Origin: Desulfobacterales bacterium
GTDB lineage: Bacteria; Desulfobacterota; Desulfobacteria; Desulfobacterales; UBA2174
NCBI GenBank assembly: GCA_963668645.2
Contig: CAXXWC010000008.1
Span: 32,001 to 96,000, forward strand
Reading direction: 5' to 3'
DNA length: 64,000 bases
Shown here: positions 37,395-47,152 of the stretch, one piece after another
How positions within the stretch are numbered: position 1 is the first letter of the stretch
How the letters are laid out: the number at the start of each line of letters is the position of its first letter
Notes under the pieces: generated by a model
What the model was told of the DNA's origin: nothing
Database searches by the model: none
The model's input: the letters and a program-made list of their open reading frames with translations, nothing else
Translations under genes and position numbers: made by a program

Positions 37395-40304
37395 ATGCAA
37401 CCGATTTCGCGCCGCCTTATTGGCTTTCTCGGGATCCTTGCCGCCGGGCTTTGCCTGATGCTTGTGGCAGCCTGGCTGGCTTTGCCCCGCTGGATCGAAG
37501 GGCGTCTGGTACCGGATCTGGCCGGACGCCTGGGCATCGCGGAGGCTGGAATCGATCTGCGGCACATCGGATTTTCCAGCCTTGAGGCGGCCAATATCCA
37601 CATCGGCCAAACCGTCCGCCTCGGCCATCTGATGGTCGACTATCGCCTCGGGGACCTGATCGACGGCCGCATCGAGCGAGTGGCGCTCTCCGGTGTGACG
37701 CTTTACGCTCTCAGGGATGAGGCCGGAATCCGTCTCAAGGGGGCCGGTCCGCTTTTCTCAGCCTCGCCTGGATCGGCACCGACCGATCTTTCCGCCGTGT
37801 GGATCGGCCGCATTGAGGTCGACCACGGTCTTCTGGTGGTGGAGGATGCTTCCGGTCCGATCAAGATTCCTTTCGCCCTTAGTGCCCGGCCTGAAGGGGA
37901 GGATTTAAGCCGCGTCGAAGTCCGCCTGGAACTCTTCCCCAATCTCGGACCGATTCAGATCATGCTGCGGGCCGACACGCTCAAGGCCGACTTGAAAGCG
38001 ATGCTCGAAACCCGCAATGCCTGCCTCGATCGTTTCAATCCCTTTTTGCCGCAAAGCGCCGGCCTGCGCCTGCGGGGAAGACTTTCGGCCCATGCCGAAG
38101 CCCATCTGAGGTTTTCTCCCTTCGAGATCCTGGCATTGAACGGCGAAGCCGCTTCGGCCGATCTGCGTATCGACGGGCCGGGCTTTGGACTGGAGGCCGG
38201 GGGGGCGTCGGCGCCCCTGCGTCTCGAGTGGACGGCCGCCCAGGGTCAAGATCGGGTTGCATCTTTTTCCGGGGCCTTGAAGCTGGTGCATCCCCTGACG
38301 TCGTCCATCAACGATCTAAAGATGACCGCCGCCCTGGTGACAGCCGCTTCCGGCCGCCAAGAGGTGGAAATCACCGCCGATGGCTCACTTTCCGGCGGCC
38401 TTCCCGGCCAGGGGCGGATCGAGCAGATCAGCCTGAAGGCCACCGGTTACCGGGGCGGGGACGGCCGGCCCCGGGCAAGCGCCACCATCGAGGCTGCCGG
38501 GCGCTTCGATCAGCCCCTGCCCCTTTCTGTCGATCGTCTGGCACTGACGGCCAGCGGCAGTCTGGAACAGATCAAAGTGCGGGGGGATGTGGCGTTTTCC
38601 GCCGCTGACAAAATCCTGGACGGATCCGTCAAGATCGTTCCGGCGAGTTTTAAAGGGACTTTTTCCGGCCGCCTGGAAGACCTGTCGCGCTGGCGCGGCC
38701 GTTTTGAGGCGGCACCGACCCGCGCGGCCCTGGATTTGACAGCCGGCGAGGTCAACGCCGAAATCCAGCATCCTCGAATCAGCGCCGATTTTGCCGGCCA
38801 GGGCAGCGCCGTATCTTTCACCACCCGCATCGAGACCCATGAAGGCCGCCTCGATACGGGAGTCGCACCGGTCGTCTGGCCGCAGCTGCGGATCGATTTG
38901 AACGGGGACCTGGATTTGGCAAACCTGCCCGGCTCAGGGAATGGGCGTTTTTTGATCCAGGTGCCGCAGCCGTCCATGGCCGCCGGCCAGTGGCGGGCCG
39001 GCGGCGATAAGATCGAGGTCCGGGGCCGCCTGCGGCCCGGGCGGCCCCCCTGGCTGGCAGGCGAGCTGCAGTGCGAAAACGCGCATATCGTCTTGCCGGC
39101 CCGGAACTTCACCATGGAACAGGCCGCCCTTTATTTACCGTTTCAGTGGCCGGCGGTGAATCCGGCCGCCGGTCGGCTGAATGCGGAGTCTGTCCGTTGG
39201 CAAGGGTTTCACCCGGGCCGGATCAACGCCACGATCCGGCAAACAGGATCGGCAGTGGCCCTTCACGGCGAGCTGCGAAATCTTATCGTTGAAGGGATGG
39301 GATGGACATTCAACGCCGAAGCGGGCGCATCCCCCGAGGGAGCCAGGGGAAACCTCGACGCGGTACTCGACCCCTGGTCGCCGGCAGCACCTCTCGATCT
39401 CGGATTTCTAGCGCCGTCGCTATCCGGTTTGACGGCTGAAGGCCGGCTGGGCTGCCATGCCGCACTGGCCCTGGAAGCCGGTGGGATCCAGAGCAATGCC
39501 CTGGTTCGGCTGGCCGGCGCCAGCCTGGAGGCCCCGGCGCGCAACATCCATGTCGATGGAATAGATGCCGAGTTACGGCTGGTGGATCTCATCGGGGTGC
39601 GTAGTGCCCCGGGACAGGTGGTGCATGTTGGCCGGGCCGATTTTGGCAATCTCCAGCTGAGCGATGCGCAGCTCCAGTTTCAGGTGGAGGGCCCCAGCCA
39701 GATCTTGTTGGAAAAAGGCGGATTCGGCTGGTGCGGCGGGCGGATCTATGCTGAAGCCATGCGTTTCTCCCCGGCAGATGGGGATTACGATCTGACCCTT
39801 TTTTGCGACCGGCTTTACCTGGTGCAGGTGCTCCACCAACTCGGGGGGCTTGCTGCCGAAGGCGAGGGGACGGTCAACGGCCGCATCCCTTTGAACTACC
39901 GGCAGGGAAAACTGCGCTTCAAGGACGGGTTTCTCTATTCGACGCCAGGCGTGGGAGGCAAGATCCGCCTGGAGGGCATGGAACGGCTCACCGGGGGGAT
40001 CGCGCCGCAGACGCTGGAATACGCCCAGCTCGCCCTTGCCAGCGAAGCGCTCAAAAACTATGATTACACTTGGGCCAAGGTGGGCATCGACAGCCAGGGG
40101 GACCAGTTGGCCCTGCGGCTGCAGTTCGATGGCAAGCCGGCGCAGCCTTTGCCTTTTGTCTATCATCAGGAGCTGGGGCGCTTCATGCGGGTGGAGGCCG
40201 ATTCGCCGGGGTCGCGTTTTCAGGGGATCACCCTGGATGTCAAATTGGGGCTGCCGCTGGATGAAATCATTCAGTACGGCGGTTTGATGAAAATGATCGA
40301 ATAG
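37395..40304 (+). CDS. ydbH: YdbH-family (AsmA-like) intermembrane lipid-transport protein
   Basis: N-terminal TM, long beta-rich body, C-terminal GEG.VNGRIP...GG.IR...ALKNYDY; followed by ynbE and ydbL. Confidence 0.8.
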   Translation: MQPISRRLIGFLGILAAGLCLMLVAAWLALPRWIEGRLVPDLAGRLGIAEAGIDLRHIGFSSLEAANIHIGQTVRLGHLMVDYRLGDLIDGRIERVALSGVTLYALRDEAGIRLKGAGPLFSASPGSAPTDLSAVWIGRIEVDHGLLVVEDASGPIKIPFALSARPEGEDLSRVEVRLELFPNLGPIQIMLRADTLKADLKAMLETRNACLDRFNPFLPQSAGLRLRGRLSAHAEAHLRFSPFEILALNGEAASADLRIDGPGFGLEAGGASAPLRLEWTAAQGQDRVASFSGALKLVHPLTSSINDLKMTAALVTAASGRQEVEITADGSLSGGLPGQGRIEQISLKATGYRGGDGRPRASATIEAAGRFDQPLPLSVDRLALTASGSLEQIKVRGDVAFSAADKILDGSVKIVPASFKGTFSGRLEDLSRWRGRFEAAPTRAALDLTAGEVNAEIQHPRISADFAGQGSAVSFTTRIETHEGRLDTGVAPVVWPQLRIDLNGDLDLANLPGSGNGRFLIQVPQPSMAAGQWRAGGDKIEVRGRLRPGRPPWLAGELQCENAHIVLPARNFTMEQAALYLPFQWPAVNPAAGRLNAESVRWQGFHPGRINATIRQTGSAVALHGELRNLIVEGMGWTFNAEAGASPEGARGNLDAVLDPWSPAAPLDLGFLAPSLSGLTAEGRLGCHAALALEAGGIQSNALVRLAGASLEAPARNIHVDGIDAELRLVDLIGVRSAPGQVVHVGRADFGNLQLSDAQLQFQVEGPSQILLEKGGFGWCGGRIYAEAMRFSPADGDYDLTLFCDRLYLVQVLHQLGGLAAEGEGTVNGRIPLNYRQGKLRFKDGFLYSTPGVGGKIRLEGMERLTGGIAPQTLEYAQLALASEALKNYDYTWAKVGIDSQGDQLALRLQFDGKPAQPLPFVYHQELGRFMRVEADSPGSRFQGITLDVKLGLPLDEIIQYGGLMKMIE

Positions 40305-40335
40305 ACCGTCCCGATCCTGCCACAGGAGAAAAGCT

Positions 40336-40560
40336 ATGGGATTCAAATGGACGTTTGCGGTACTGGCGCTCTTGTGGCTGGCAGCCGCCGGTTGTGCCAC
40401 CCAGCACAAGGTGGAGGTGGCTCCGGTGGAGGTCAAGCCGATTCACATCACCATCGATGTGAACATCAAGGTGGACCGGGCGTTGGACGACTTTTTCGGT
40501 GATCTGGACCAGAAAGCGGCGACCATCGAAGCCGGATCTGAAGCGCCTGCGAAACAATGA
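40336..40560 (+). CDS. ynbE: YnbE-family lipoprotein
   Basis: Lipobox AAGC, KPIHITIDVNIKVD; AGGAG RBS. Confidence 0.85.
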   Translation: MGFKWTFAVLALLWLAAAGCATQHKVEVAPVEVKPIHITIDVNIKVDRALDDFFGDLDQKAATIEAGSEAPAKQ

Positions 40561-40583
40561 GCCTCAAACTTTAGGGAACCGAT

Positions 40584-40961
40584 ATGAGACCAAAACCGAT
40601 GACATCTTATTGGCGGTTGCTGCTGGCGCTATCTGCCGCGTTGATTCTGGTTTCCGCCCCTGTTGCAGCCCAAGGCATCAAAGCGCGCATTGAGGCACGC
40701 CTGCCGGTTATCCTCGATCTTAAGGCCCGTGGCGTGGTGGGTGAAAATAATCTGGGATTTATTGAATTTGTAGGCCCGGCGGAACGTACCGCAGAGGTGG
40801 CGGCTGAGAACGCCGACCGGCGCCAGGTCTATGCTGCCATCGCAAAGCAGACCGGTACCAGCCAGGAGGTGGTGGGCCGGCGGCGGGCTTTGCAGATTGC
40901 CGAAAATTCAAGGCCCGGCGACCGTCTGCAACGGCCTGACGGCACCTGGTACACCAAGTAA
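40584..40961 (+). CDS. ydbL: YdbL (DUF1318) family protein
   Basis: Signal peptide, KA.G.VGE...G, N.DRR.VY.AIA, PG..LQ..DG.W. Confidence 0.87.
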   Translation: MRPKPMTSYWRLLLALSAALILVSAPVAAQGIKARIEARLPVILDLKARGVVGENNLGFIEFVGPAERTAEVAAENADRRQVYAAIAKQTGTSQEVVGRRRALQIAENSRPGDRLQRPDGTWYTK

Positions 40962-40988
40962 ATAAGCATGCCGGCAAGGCGAGCATGT

Positions 40989-42020
40989 TCATTCGATCCG
41001 GTTTCCGGGTGGCGCCAGGCGCGTGATCTCTTCCTTGAGCATGCAGCAGGCGATACGGTGTACCGGGCGGCCGGCGTTGTCGTAGACCAGATTCTGCGGC
41101 TGAACGAGCTTGTTCATTACACAGCCTTCGGCAATCTCCAAGGTGAATAGGTTCTCCTCGTTGAGCGGGCCGGTGGGTGTCAGACGATGGCCGCAAATCT
41201 CGTAAGCGTGCAAGGCAAAGTCCTCGCACAGCGGGCACCGGTAAACCCGGCCGTTGGGAAAGACAAAGAAGTTTTCGGCCACCGTCCCGGCACAGGCGAA
41301 GGGTTCGCCCGGTTCGAGAAAAACCTTGGGCCAGGTGACCGTAATCCCCCGTGATGCGGCATGGGCAGCCACCTGCGGCACAACGGACAACCAATCCGCC
41401 TTGGAGACCTGGAGCTTTTCCTCCCGGTTGGCGCGTTCGGCCGATTTGCCGCGGATTCCGATCACCTGGATGAAAAAGCGGTCCACGTGCCACTTTTCCA
41501 ACAGCGGCGGCATGCGCTCCAGGGCATGAAGGTTGTCCTGGCTGACCGTGTAAATCAGACTGACATTGAAGCCGCGGGATTTGGCTTCTTTAAGACCTTG
41601 GGTGCAGCGTACAAAGCATCCCGGGCCGCGGATCGGATCGTTGACCGCCGCATCTGGACCGTCGAGGCTGAAGCTGAAAAAATCGACTTCCAACGGGCTG
41701 ATCCGGTCCAAAATCCCATGGAACAGATACCCGTTGGTATCTACGGTCACCGAGGCGTAGCCCAGATCCCGGGCGCTGCGGATGGCCGCCGGCAGATCCG
41801 GGTGCAGCGTCGGTTCTCCGCCCAGAAAAATCACGTTGGCCGAATCCCGGCGCTGCGCGAAGAGGGCCAGCCAGCGGGAGATGGTGTCGATGGGAAGCGT
41901 CTGCCGGCCGTGTTGGGCCGGGTTGATGTAGCAGTGCCGGCAGCTCAGATTGCACTGGGTCAGGATATGGAAAAAGACATTGACCGCGTTTCGGGAGAAT
42001 TGAACGGTTCGGCGTGTCAC
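40989..42020 (-). CDS. Radical SAM protein with Cys-rich C-terminal region
   Basis: CNLSCRHC, GGEPTLH, DTNG, SLDG; later C, CPLC, C, CC; GTG start with AAGGAG RBS. Confidence 0.88.
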   Translation of the reverse strand: MTRRTVQFSRNAVNVFFHILTQCNLSCRHCYINPAQHGRQTLPIDTISRWLALFAQRRDSANVIFLGGEPTLHPDLPAAIRSARDLGYASVTVDTNGYLFHGILDRISPLEVDFFSFSLDGPDAAVNDPIRGPGCFVRCTQGLKEAKSRGFNVSLIYTVSQDNLHALERMPPLLEKWHVDRFFIQVIGIRGKSAERANREEKLQVSKADWLSVVPQVAAHAASRGITVTWPKVFLEPGEPFACAGTVAENFFVFPNGRVYRCPLCEDFALHAYEICGHRLTPTGPLNEENLFTLEIAEGCVMNKLVQPQNLVYDNAGRPVHRIACCMLKEEITRLAPPGNRIE

Positions 42021-42031
42021 CGCCTTCTCCT

Positions 42032-42547
42032 TTACTCTATGGCAGCGCGTACCTTGACCTTGATGGCATCGATTTCCTTGTAGAGATCGACCAGCCGTTC
42101 GTTGGTCAGGCGCAGGCGCAGTGAAACGTATTCGGTAAATACCCGGTAAAGGAGCAGCAGCAGATTGGTGGCTTCGTCTTCGGTGGGCAACCGATCCCGT
42201 ACGGCGATATTCACCGCCAGGCAGACGGTCTTGCCGATCGAGGTTACCGAAGCCGAGCGCGAGTGACTATCGATGATGCGCATTTCGCCGAACAATTCGC
42301 CTATCTTATCCAGACGGGTGATTTCGACCCCCTCCTTTTCCACTCGAACGGTGCCTTGCAGCAGAAAATAGATCCACGAATCCTTGTCCCCTTCCCGGAT
42401 GATCGTTTCTCCATCCTCATACTGGCGTACCTTGCTGAGCCGCAACAGGCGGGCCAGTTCTTTGGCCTCGAAATTTTTCAAGGCCGGGATAACGAAGAGC
42501 TGCTGGATGTTGCGGATGTTGTCCTGCAAATACTTGGACTCGATCAT
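42032..42547 (-). CDS. Cyclic-nucleotide-binding domain protein
   Basis: IIREGD, YFLLQG.V.V, FGEM...RSASV; ATG at 42547 with GGAGG RBS. Confidence 0.88.
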   Translation of the reverse strand: MIESKYLQDNIRNIQQLFVIPALKNFEAKELARLLRLSKVRQYEDGETIIREGDKDSWIYFLLQGTVRVEKEGVEITRLDKIGELFGEMRIIDSHSRSASVTSIGKTVCLAVNIAVRDRLPTEDEATNLLLLLYRVFTEYVSLRLRLTNERLVDLYKEIDAIKVKVRAAIE

Positions 42548-42850
42548 GGCCGGCCTCCCGTCGCTGTCAAAATGGTACAATGCGTCCCGTTGCTGCATTT
42601 AATAATATCAATCCGCCGAACGGTCAAATCATCAATCTTCCAGGGATGCGGTCTCCGGTGGCGATTATCGGTTTGAAATCGCAATGTTAGGGCAGATATG
42701 GGTGGTATTTTGGGTGGTGTTGATTTAAGTGAATATAAATGACATTGAGCTCGCAAACGACACATTGAGACCAAAATTAACCCAAAATTACTCCAGCCTC
42801 GCACCAGGAGGCCCCTTCAACCACCGGCCAAAAATTGCTATATTCTTCCT

Positions 42851-43720
42851 ATGGAAAAGATCCGCCACCGCGAGGCAGCGCTCAACCGCCGCCCCAAACG
42901 ATGGGCGAGTTGGGTGGGGGCCGGGTTGATCCTGGCTTGCCTCTCATCGGGAGTCCAGGCTTCCGGCTGGCGCGAACTGACGCCGGGAATCGATTTGGGC
43001 CGCTTTGTCTATTCTGGCCAAGAAGGGGCTCGCCAGGTGCACATGGTGGTGGTGCGCGTCGATCCGCAAATCTGGGACCTGCGCCTGGCGTTGGCCTCCG
43101 AGACCGAGGGCATCGAAGGGTTGAGTGCCCGGGAGTGGTGCCGCCAGAAGGGATTTGTGGCCGCCATCAACGCGGGTATGTTCGCCACTGACTATCTGAC
43201 CCACATCGGATTTCTCCAGCATCACAACCACATCAACAATCCCCGGGTAAGTCGCTACCAGTCCGTGGCGACCTTTTGCCCGCGCAGAGCGGATCTTCCC
43301 CGTTTCCGGATCTTCGACCGGGACGAACCCGATTTTTCCATGGAAGCGATCCGCCGCGACTACCGCTGTATCATCCAGAATCTGCGTTTGATCAAACGTC
43401 CGGGGCAGAATCGCTGGGAACCCCAGAACAAGACCTGGATCGAGGCTGCCCTGGGTGAGGATGGGCAGGGACGGGCGCTTTTGATCATGAGCCGCACCGT
43501 CTGTTCGATGTATGAATTCAACCAGGCCCTGCTCGATCTGCCCTTGGATGTCGTCTGCGCCCAGCACCTGGAAGGCGGACCGGAGGCCCAACTCTTCATT
43601 TCGGTGGGCGATTTCAATCTTGAAATCCTCGGGGGCAACGAAACCCGTTTTCCCAAAGTGCCCCGGTGGACGGCCGCCTGGTCCCTGCCCAACGTGATCG
43701 GCATCGTGCCCCGGCGCTAA
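42851..43720 (+). CDS. Phosphodiester glycosidase (NAGPA-like) exported protein
   Basis: Signal peptide, AAINAGMF, ALG.D..G, LEGG, LPNVIGI. Confidence 0.7.
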   Translation: MEKIRHREAALNRRPKRWASWVGAGLILACLSSGVQASGWRELTPGIDLGRFVYSGQEGARQVHMVVVRVDPQIWDLRLALASETEGIEGLSAREWCRQKGFVAAINAGMFATDYLTHIGFLQHHNHINNPRVSRYQSVATFCPRRADLPRFRIFDRDEPDFSMEAIRRDYRCIIQNLRLIKRPGQNRWEPQNKTWIEAALGEDGQGRALLIMSRTVCSMYEFNQALLDLPLDVVCAQHLEGGPEAQLFISVGDFNLEILGGNETRFPKVPRWTAAWSLPNVIGIVPRR

Positions 43721-43737
43721 GGCGGCGTGCCCTGGCG

Positions 43738-44949
43738 CTATTCGTGGCGCAGGGCCGCGATGGGGTCCAGGCGGGCCGCCTGGCGGGCGGGGAAATAGCC
43801 GAAGACGATCCCCACGGCGGCTGAAAAAACCACCGCCAGCATCACGATCCCCGGGCTGAACACGAAGGGGACCCCCATGAAGTGGGCTCCGAGGGCCGCG
43901 GCGCCAAGTCCCATAAGGATGCCGCAGATCCCGCCCAGACCGGCCAGCACGACGGCCTCGACCAGAAACTGGCGCATCACGTCGCGCTCCATGGCACCGA
44001 TGGCCATGCGCGTGCCGATCTCGCGGGTCCGCTCGGTCACCGACACGAGCATGATGTTCATGATTCCGATCCCGCCCACCAGCAGGCTGACGGCCGCCAC
44101 GGCTCCCAAAAGAGTCGTGAGCACGCGTGTGGTGCCGGTCAGGGTCGAAACGATCTCCTGCATGTCGCGTACGTGGAAATCGTCCTCTTTGCCAGGACCG
44201 ATGCGCCTCCGTTCGCGCATGAGGCGTTCGATTTCGGCCTGGACCCGTTCGGTGGAGACCCCGTCGCGGGCCGATACGTAGATCGCCTCGACGTCGTTGT
44301 CGCCGGCGATGCGCCTTTGAAAAGTGCGCAGCGGGATCAACACCAGATCGTCCTGGTCCATACCGAAGCTGTTTTGCCCCTTGGCGGCCAGCACGCCGAT
44401 AACCTTGAAACTGATGCGGTTGAGCCGGATCCGTTCGCCCACCGCCGACTGGGCCCCGAAAAGATCCTGGTGTACCGTGGCGCCGATGAGGCAGACGGCC
44501 TTGCCGGCTTGCAGCTCGCCGGAGGAAAAGTTACGCCCTGCGGAAAGGTCCCAGTCGCGTACGGCGGTGTAGGTGTCGGTGGTGCCCGTCACTGTCGTCG
44601 ACCGGTTGGTGCTGCCCCGGATGGCCTGGGCCGTCTGGCTTGCGGTGGGCGCCACGGCCTCGAGCCCGCTGATTTCGCGCCGGATGGCTTCGGCGTCGGC
44701 CGCCTCGAAGGGCGGTGCGCTGGAGCGGGCCCCGCCCGGACCGTGCATGCCCTGGCCCGGGCGCACATGGAGCATGTTGCTGCCGAGCCGGGCGATGTCC
44801 TGGGTCACCTTGGCCGTGGCCCCCGACCCGAGGGTCACCATGGTGATCACCGCCGCCACTCCAATGACGATCCCCAGCACGGTCAAGGCCGACCGCAGTA
44901 CGTTGCGCCGGATGGCCCGCAGTGCCAACACGAAAGTTTCCCAGAACAT
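43738..44949 (-). CDS. MacB/FtsX-like ABC exporter permease
   Basis: RSALTVLGIVIGVAAV, VGGIGIMNIMLVSVTERTREIG, QFLVEA, PARQAARLDPI.ALR.E. Confidence 0.93.
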   Translation of the reverse strand: MFWETFVLALRAIRRNVLRSALTVLGIVIGVAAVITMVTLGSGATAKVTQDIARLGSNMLHVRPGQGMHGPGGARSSAPPFEAADAEAIRREISGLEAVAPTASQTAQAIRGSTNRSTTVTGTTDTYTAVRDWDLSAGRNFSSGELQAGKAVCLIGATVHQDLFGAQSAVGERIRLNRISFKVIGVLAAKGQNSFGMDQDDLVLIPLRTFQRRIAGDNDVEAIYVSARDGVSTERVQAEIERLMRERRRIGPGKEDDFHVRDMQEIVSTLTGTTRVLTTLLGAVAAVSLLVGGIGIMNIMLVSVTERTREIGTRMAIGAMERDVMRQFLVEAVVLAGLGGICGILMGLGAAALGAHFMGVPFVFSPGIVMLAVVFSAAVGIVFGYFPARQAARLDPIAALRHE

Positions 44950-44958
44950 GCCGTCTCC

Positions 44959-45675
44959 TCAGGAAGAATGGACCGCCGCGATGACACCGTCGCGAAAATG
45001 GATCTGGCGCCCGGCAAAGGCGGCCATCTCCTGTTCATGGGTGACCATCACCACGGTGAGGCCCCGCCGGCGGTTGAGCTCGGTCAACAGCCGCATCACC
45101 TCGCGGCTGCGCTCCGAGTCGAGGTTGCCGGTCGGCTCGTCGGCCAGCAAGACCCGGGGCTCGGAAACGATGGCCCGGGCGATGGCCACGCGCTGCTGCT
45201 GCCCGCCGGACAGTTCGCCGGGGGTGTGGCCTTCCCAGCCGGTCAGACCCACCGCGGCCAGGGCCTTCTCGGCCGCCTGGCGCCGGTGGCGGCGCCCCAT
45301 ACCGCGATATATCAAGGGCAATTCCACGTTTTCCAGGGCCGATGTGCGGGTCAGCAGGTTGAACCCCTGGAAGACGAATCCCAGGCAATGGCGCCGCAGC
45401 ACGGCCCGCTGGTCCCGGGACAGGTGGTCCACTGCCAGGCCGTCGAAGTGGTAGCTGCCCGCGGACGGAGTGTCGAGGCACCCGATGATGTTCATGCAGG
45501 TCGATTTGCCCGAGCCTGAAGGGCCCATCACCGCGACGAATTCACCGTGGGCCACTTCCAGGTCGACCCCGCTAAGGGCGTACATCGCCGCCTGTCCATG
45601 CCCGTAAACCTTGCTGACCCCGCTGAGGCGGATGATCGGCGTTGGCGGGAGCGTATGGGCCGAAGGCGTCTTCAT
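44959..45675 (-). CDS. MacB/LolD-type ABC ATP-binding protein
   Basis: GPSGSGKST, GFVFQ.FNL, LSGGQQQRVAIARA, ADEPTGNLD. Confidence 0.95.
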   Translation of the reverse strand: MKTPSAHTLPPTPIIRLSGVSKVYGHGQAAMYALSGVDLEVAHGEFVAVMGPSGSGKSTCMNIIGCLDTPSAGSYHFDGLAVDHLSRDQRAVLRRHCLGFVFQGFNLLTRTSALENVELPLIYRGMGRRHRRQAAEKALAAVGLTGWEGHTPGELSGGQQQRVAIARAIVSEPRVLLADEPTGNLDSERSREVMRLLTELNRRRGLTVVMVTHEQEMAAFAGRQIHFRDGVIAAVHSS

Positions 45676-46919
45676 TTGGCTTCCGCCAACGTGTCGATGA
45701 TCACCTCGGTGCCCTGCGCCAACGCCGTGCTGCGAACCTCGGTGAGAATTCCGTCGCTTTGTCCGACCGCCACCGGGACCGGGACCGGTCGGCCTGCCTG
45801 CAGTATCCAGACGCGCGGCCCTCTCTGGCCCGCCGGGCGCGGCGATGAGCGACGCGGGCGAGGTATGAGGCGCTCCAAAAAACCGCGTCTATGGTCTGGG
45901 CCGGCCTCTTGGTTCGGTTTAAAGCGCAAGGCGGCGTTGGGCACGATCAGGGCGTCGGTGATTTTCTGGACGGTGATTTCGGCCGCGGCGGTCATGCCGG
46001 GCCGCAGGGTCAGATCTTCGTTGGCCACCGTGAGTACGGTCTTGTACGTCACCACACCGTTGGTGGTGGCTGCCGCGTAACGGACCTGTCGGATGCGGGC
46101 CGGAAAGCTGCGTTCCGGGTAGGCGTCGACGGTGAAGACCGCCTCCTGGCCCTCGCGCACCTGGCCCACGTCGGCTTCGTCCACGTCCACCTGCAGTTCC
46201 ATACGCGCCAGGTCTTCGGCCAAAGTGAAGAGGACAGGGGCCTGAAGGGATGCGGCCACGGTCTGGCCCGGCTCGACGCTGCGGGCCAGCACGACCCCGT
46301 TGATGGGCGAATAGATGACACTTTTCTCCAGGTTGGTGCGATCGACGTTGAGGGTCGCCTCGGCTTCGGCGATCCGGGCCGAGGCAGAGGCTTGGCCCGC
46401 CTCGGCCCTTTTCAGGGTGGCCTCTGCGGCTTCGATGTCCTGGGCCGATGGGACCCTGTTCCGGGTGAGGCGGTGCAGGGTGCGCAGCCGTTCCAGGTTT
46501 GTGCGCGCCTCGGACGCCGTGGCCTGGGTTTCGGCCAAGTCGGCCCTGGCCGATACCAGGGCCGCCGCGCTCTTGGCCACCGCGGCCTTCAGCTTGGTGT
46601 CGTCCAAACGCGCCAACTCCTGGCCGACCCGGACCCGATCGTTGTAGTCCACCGCCACCGTTTTGATGATCCCCGACAGCTCGCTGCCCACATCGACCTG
46701 ATTGGTGGGCTCCAGCGTGCCGGTGGCCCCTACGGTCACCGTCAGGTCACCGCGTCGCACCGCCTCGGTGGTGAACCGCGGCTGCCGGGCCTCGACCCGG
46801 TGGTAAGCGGCCCACAAGGCCGCACCGCCTGCGGCCAGGACCAGTAGTGCCAGGCAGAAAAACATCAGGCGTCCCCGGCGGCCGTTGGCCGTTTTTTCCA
46901 GTTCCTTGGTCAGATCCAT
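45672..46919 (-). CDS. MacA-like periplasmic adaptor subunit
   Basis: TM anchor, ATGTLEP...VDYNDRV, coiled coil, SPINGVV...GQTVAASLQAP, VDEADVG, LRPGMTA. Confidence 0.92.
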   Translation of the reverse strand: MDLTKELEKTANGRRGRLMFFCLALLVLAAGGAALWAAYHRVEARQPRFTTEAVRRGDLTVTVGATGTLEPTNQVDVGSELSGIIKTVAVDYNDRVRVGQELARLDDTKLKAAVAKSAAALVSARADLAETQATASEARTNLERLRTLHRLTRNRVPSAQDIEAAEATLKRAEAGQASASARIAEAEATLNVDRTNLEKSVIYSPINGVVLARSVEPGQTVAASLQAPVLFTLAEDLARMELQVDVDEADVGQVREGQEAVFTVDAYPERSFPARIRQVRYAAATTNGVVTYKTVLTVANEDLTLRPGMTAAAEITVQKITDALIVPNAALRFKPNQEAGPDHRRGFLERLIPRPRRSSPRPAGQRGPRVWILQAGRPVPVPVAVGQSDGILTEVRSTALAQGTEVIIDTLAEAK

Positions 46920-47011
46920 GTGCCGCTTTCCTTAGCTTCTGGTTCGATCCGCCGGGGCGGCCATCTTTTCCGCCTTTAAGGTCAAGGGCATGCCGCCGTC
47001 TCCTTTGGATC

Positions 47012-47040
47012 GAGTCGGCCCGAAATGGGAATCGGTTACA
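47012..47040 (-). promoter_or_regulatory. ECF-type promoter facing the MacAB-like operon
   Basis: TGTAAC-N17-CGACTC on the minus strand. Confidence 0.72.
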
Positions 47041-47123
47041 TCCATTCATAAGTATAGACGAGACGTCCGGAAAATTTGTTCGGCGGATGGATCTCAAACG
47101 GCGTCGTCGAACTCAAGCGAGAC

Positions 47124-47152
47124 TGTAACCGCCGTGTGGCCTGCGGCGACTC
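47124..47152 (+). promoter_or_regulatory. ECF-type (probably autoregulatory) promoter facing the sigma gene
   Basis: TGTAAC-N17-CGACTC, with the same boxes as the divergent copy. Confidence 0.72.
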
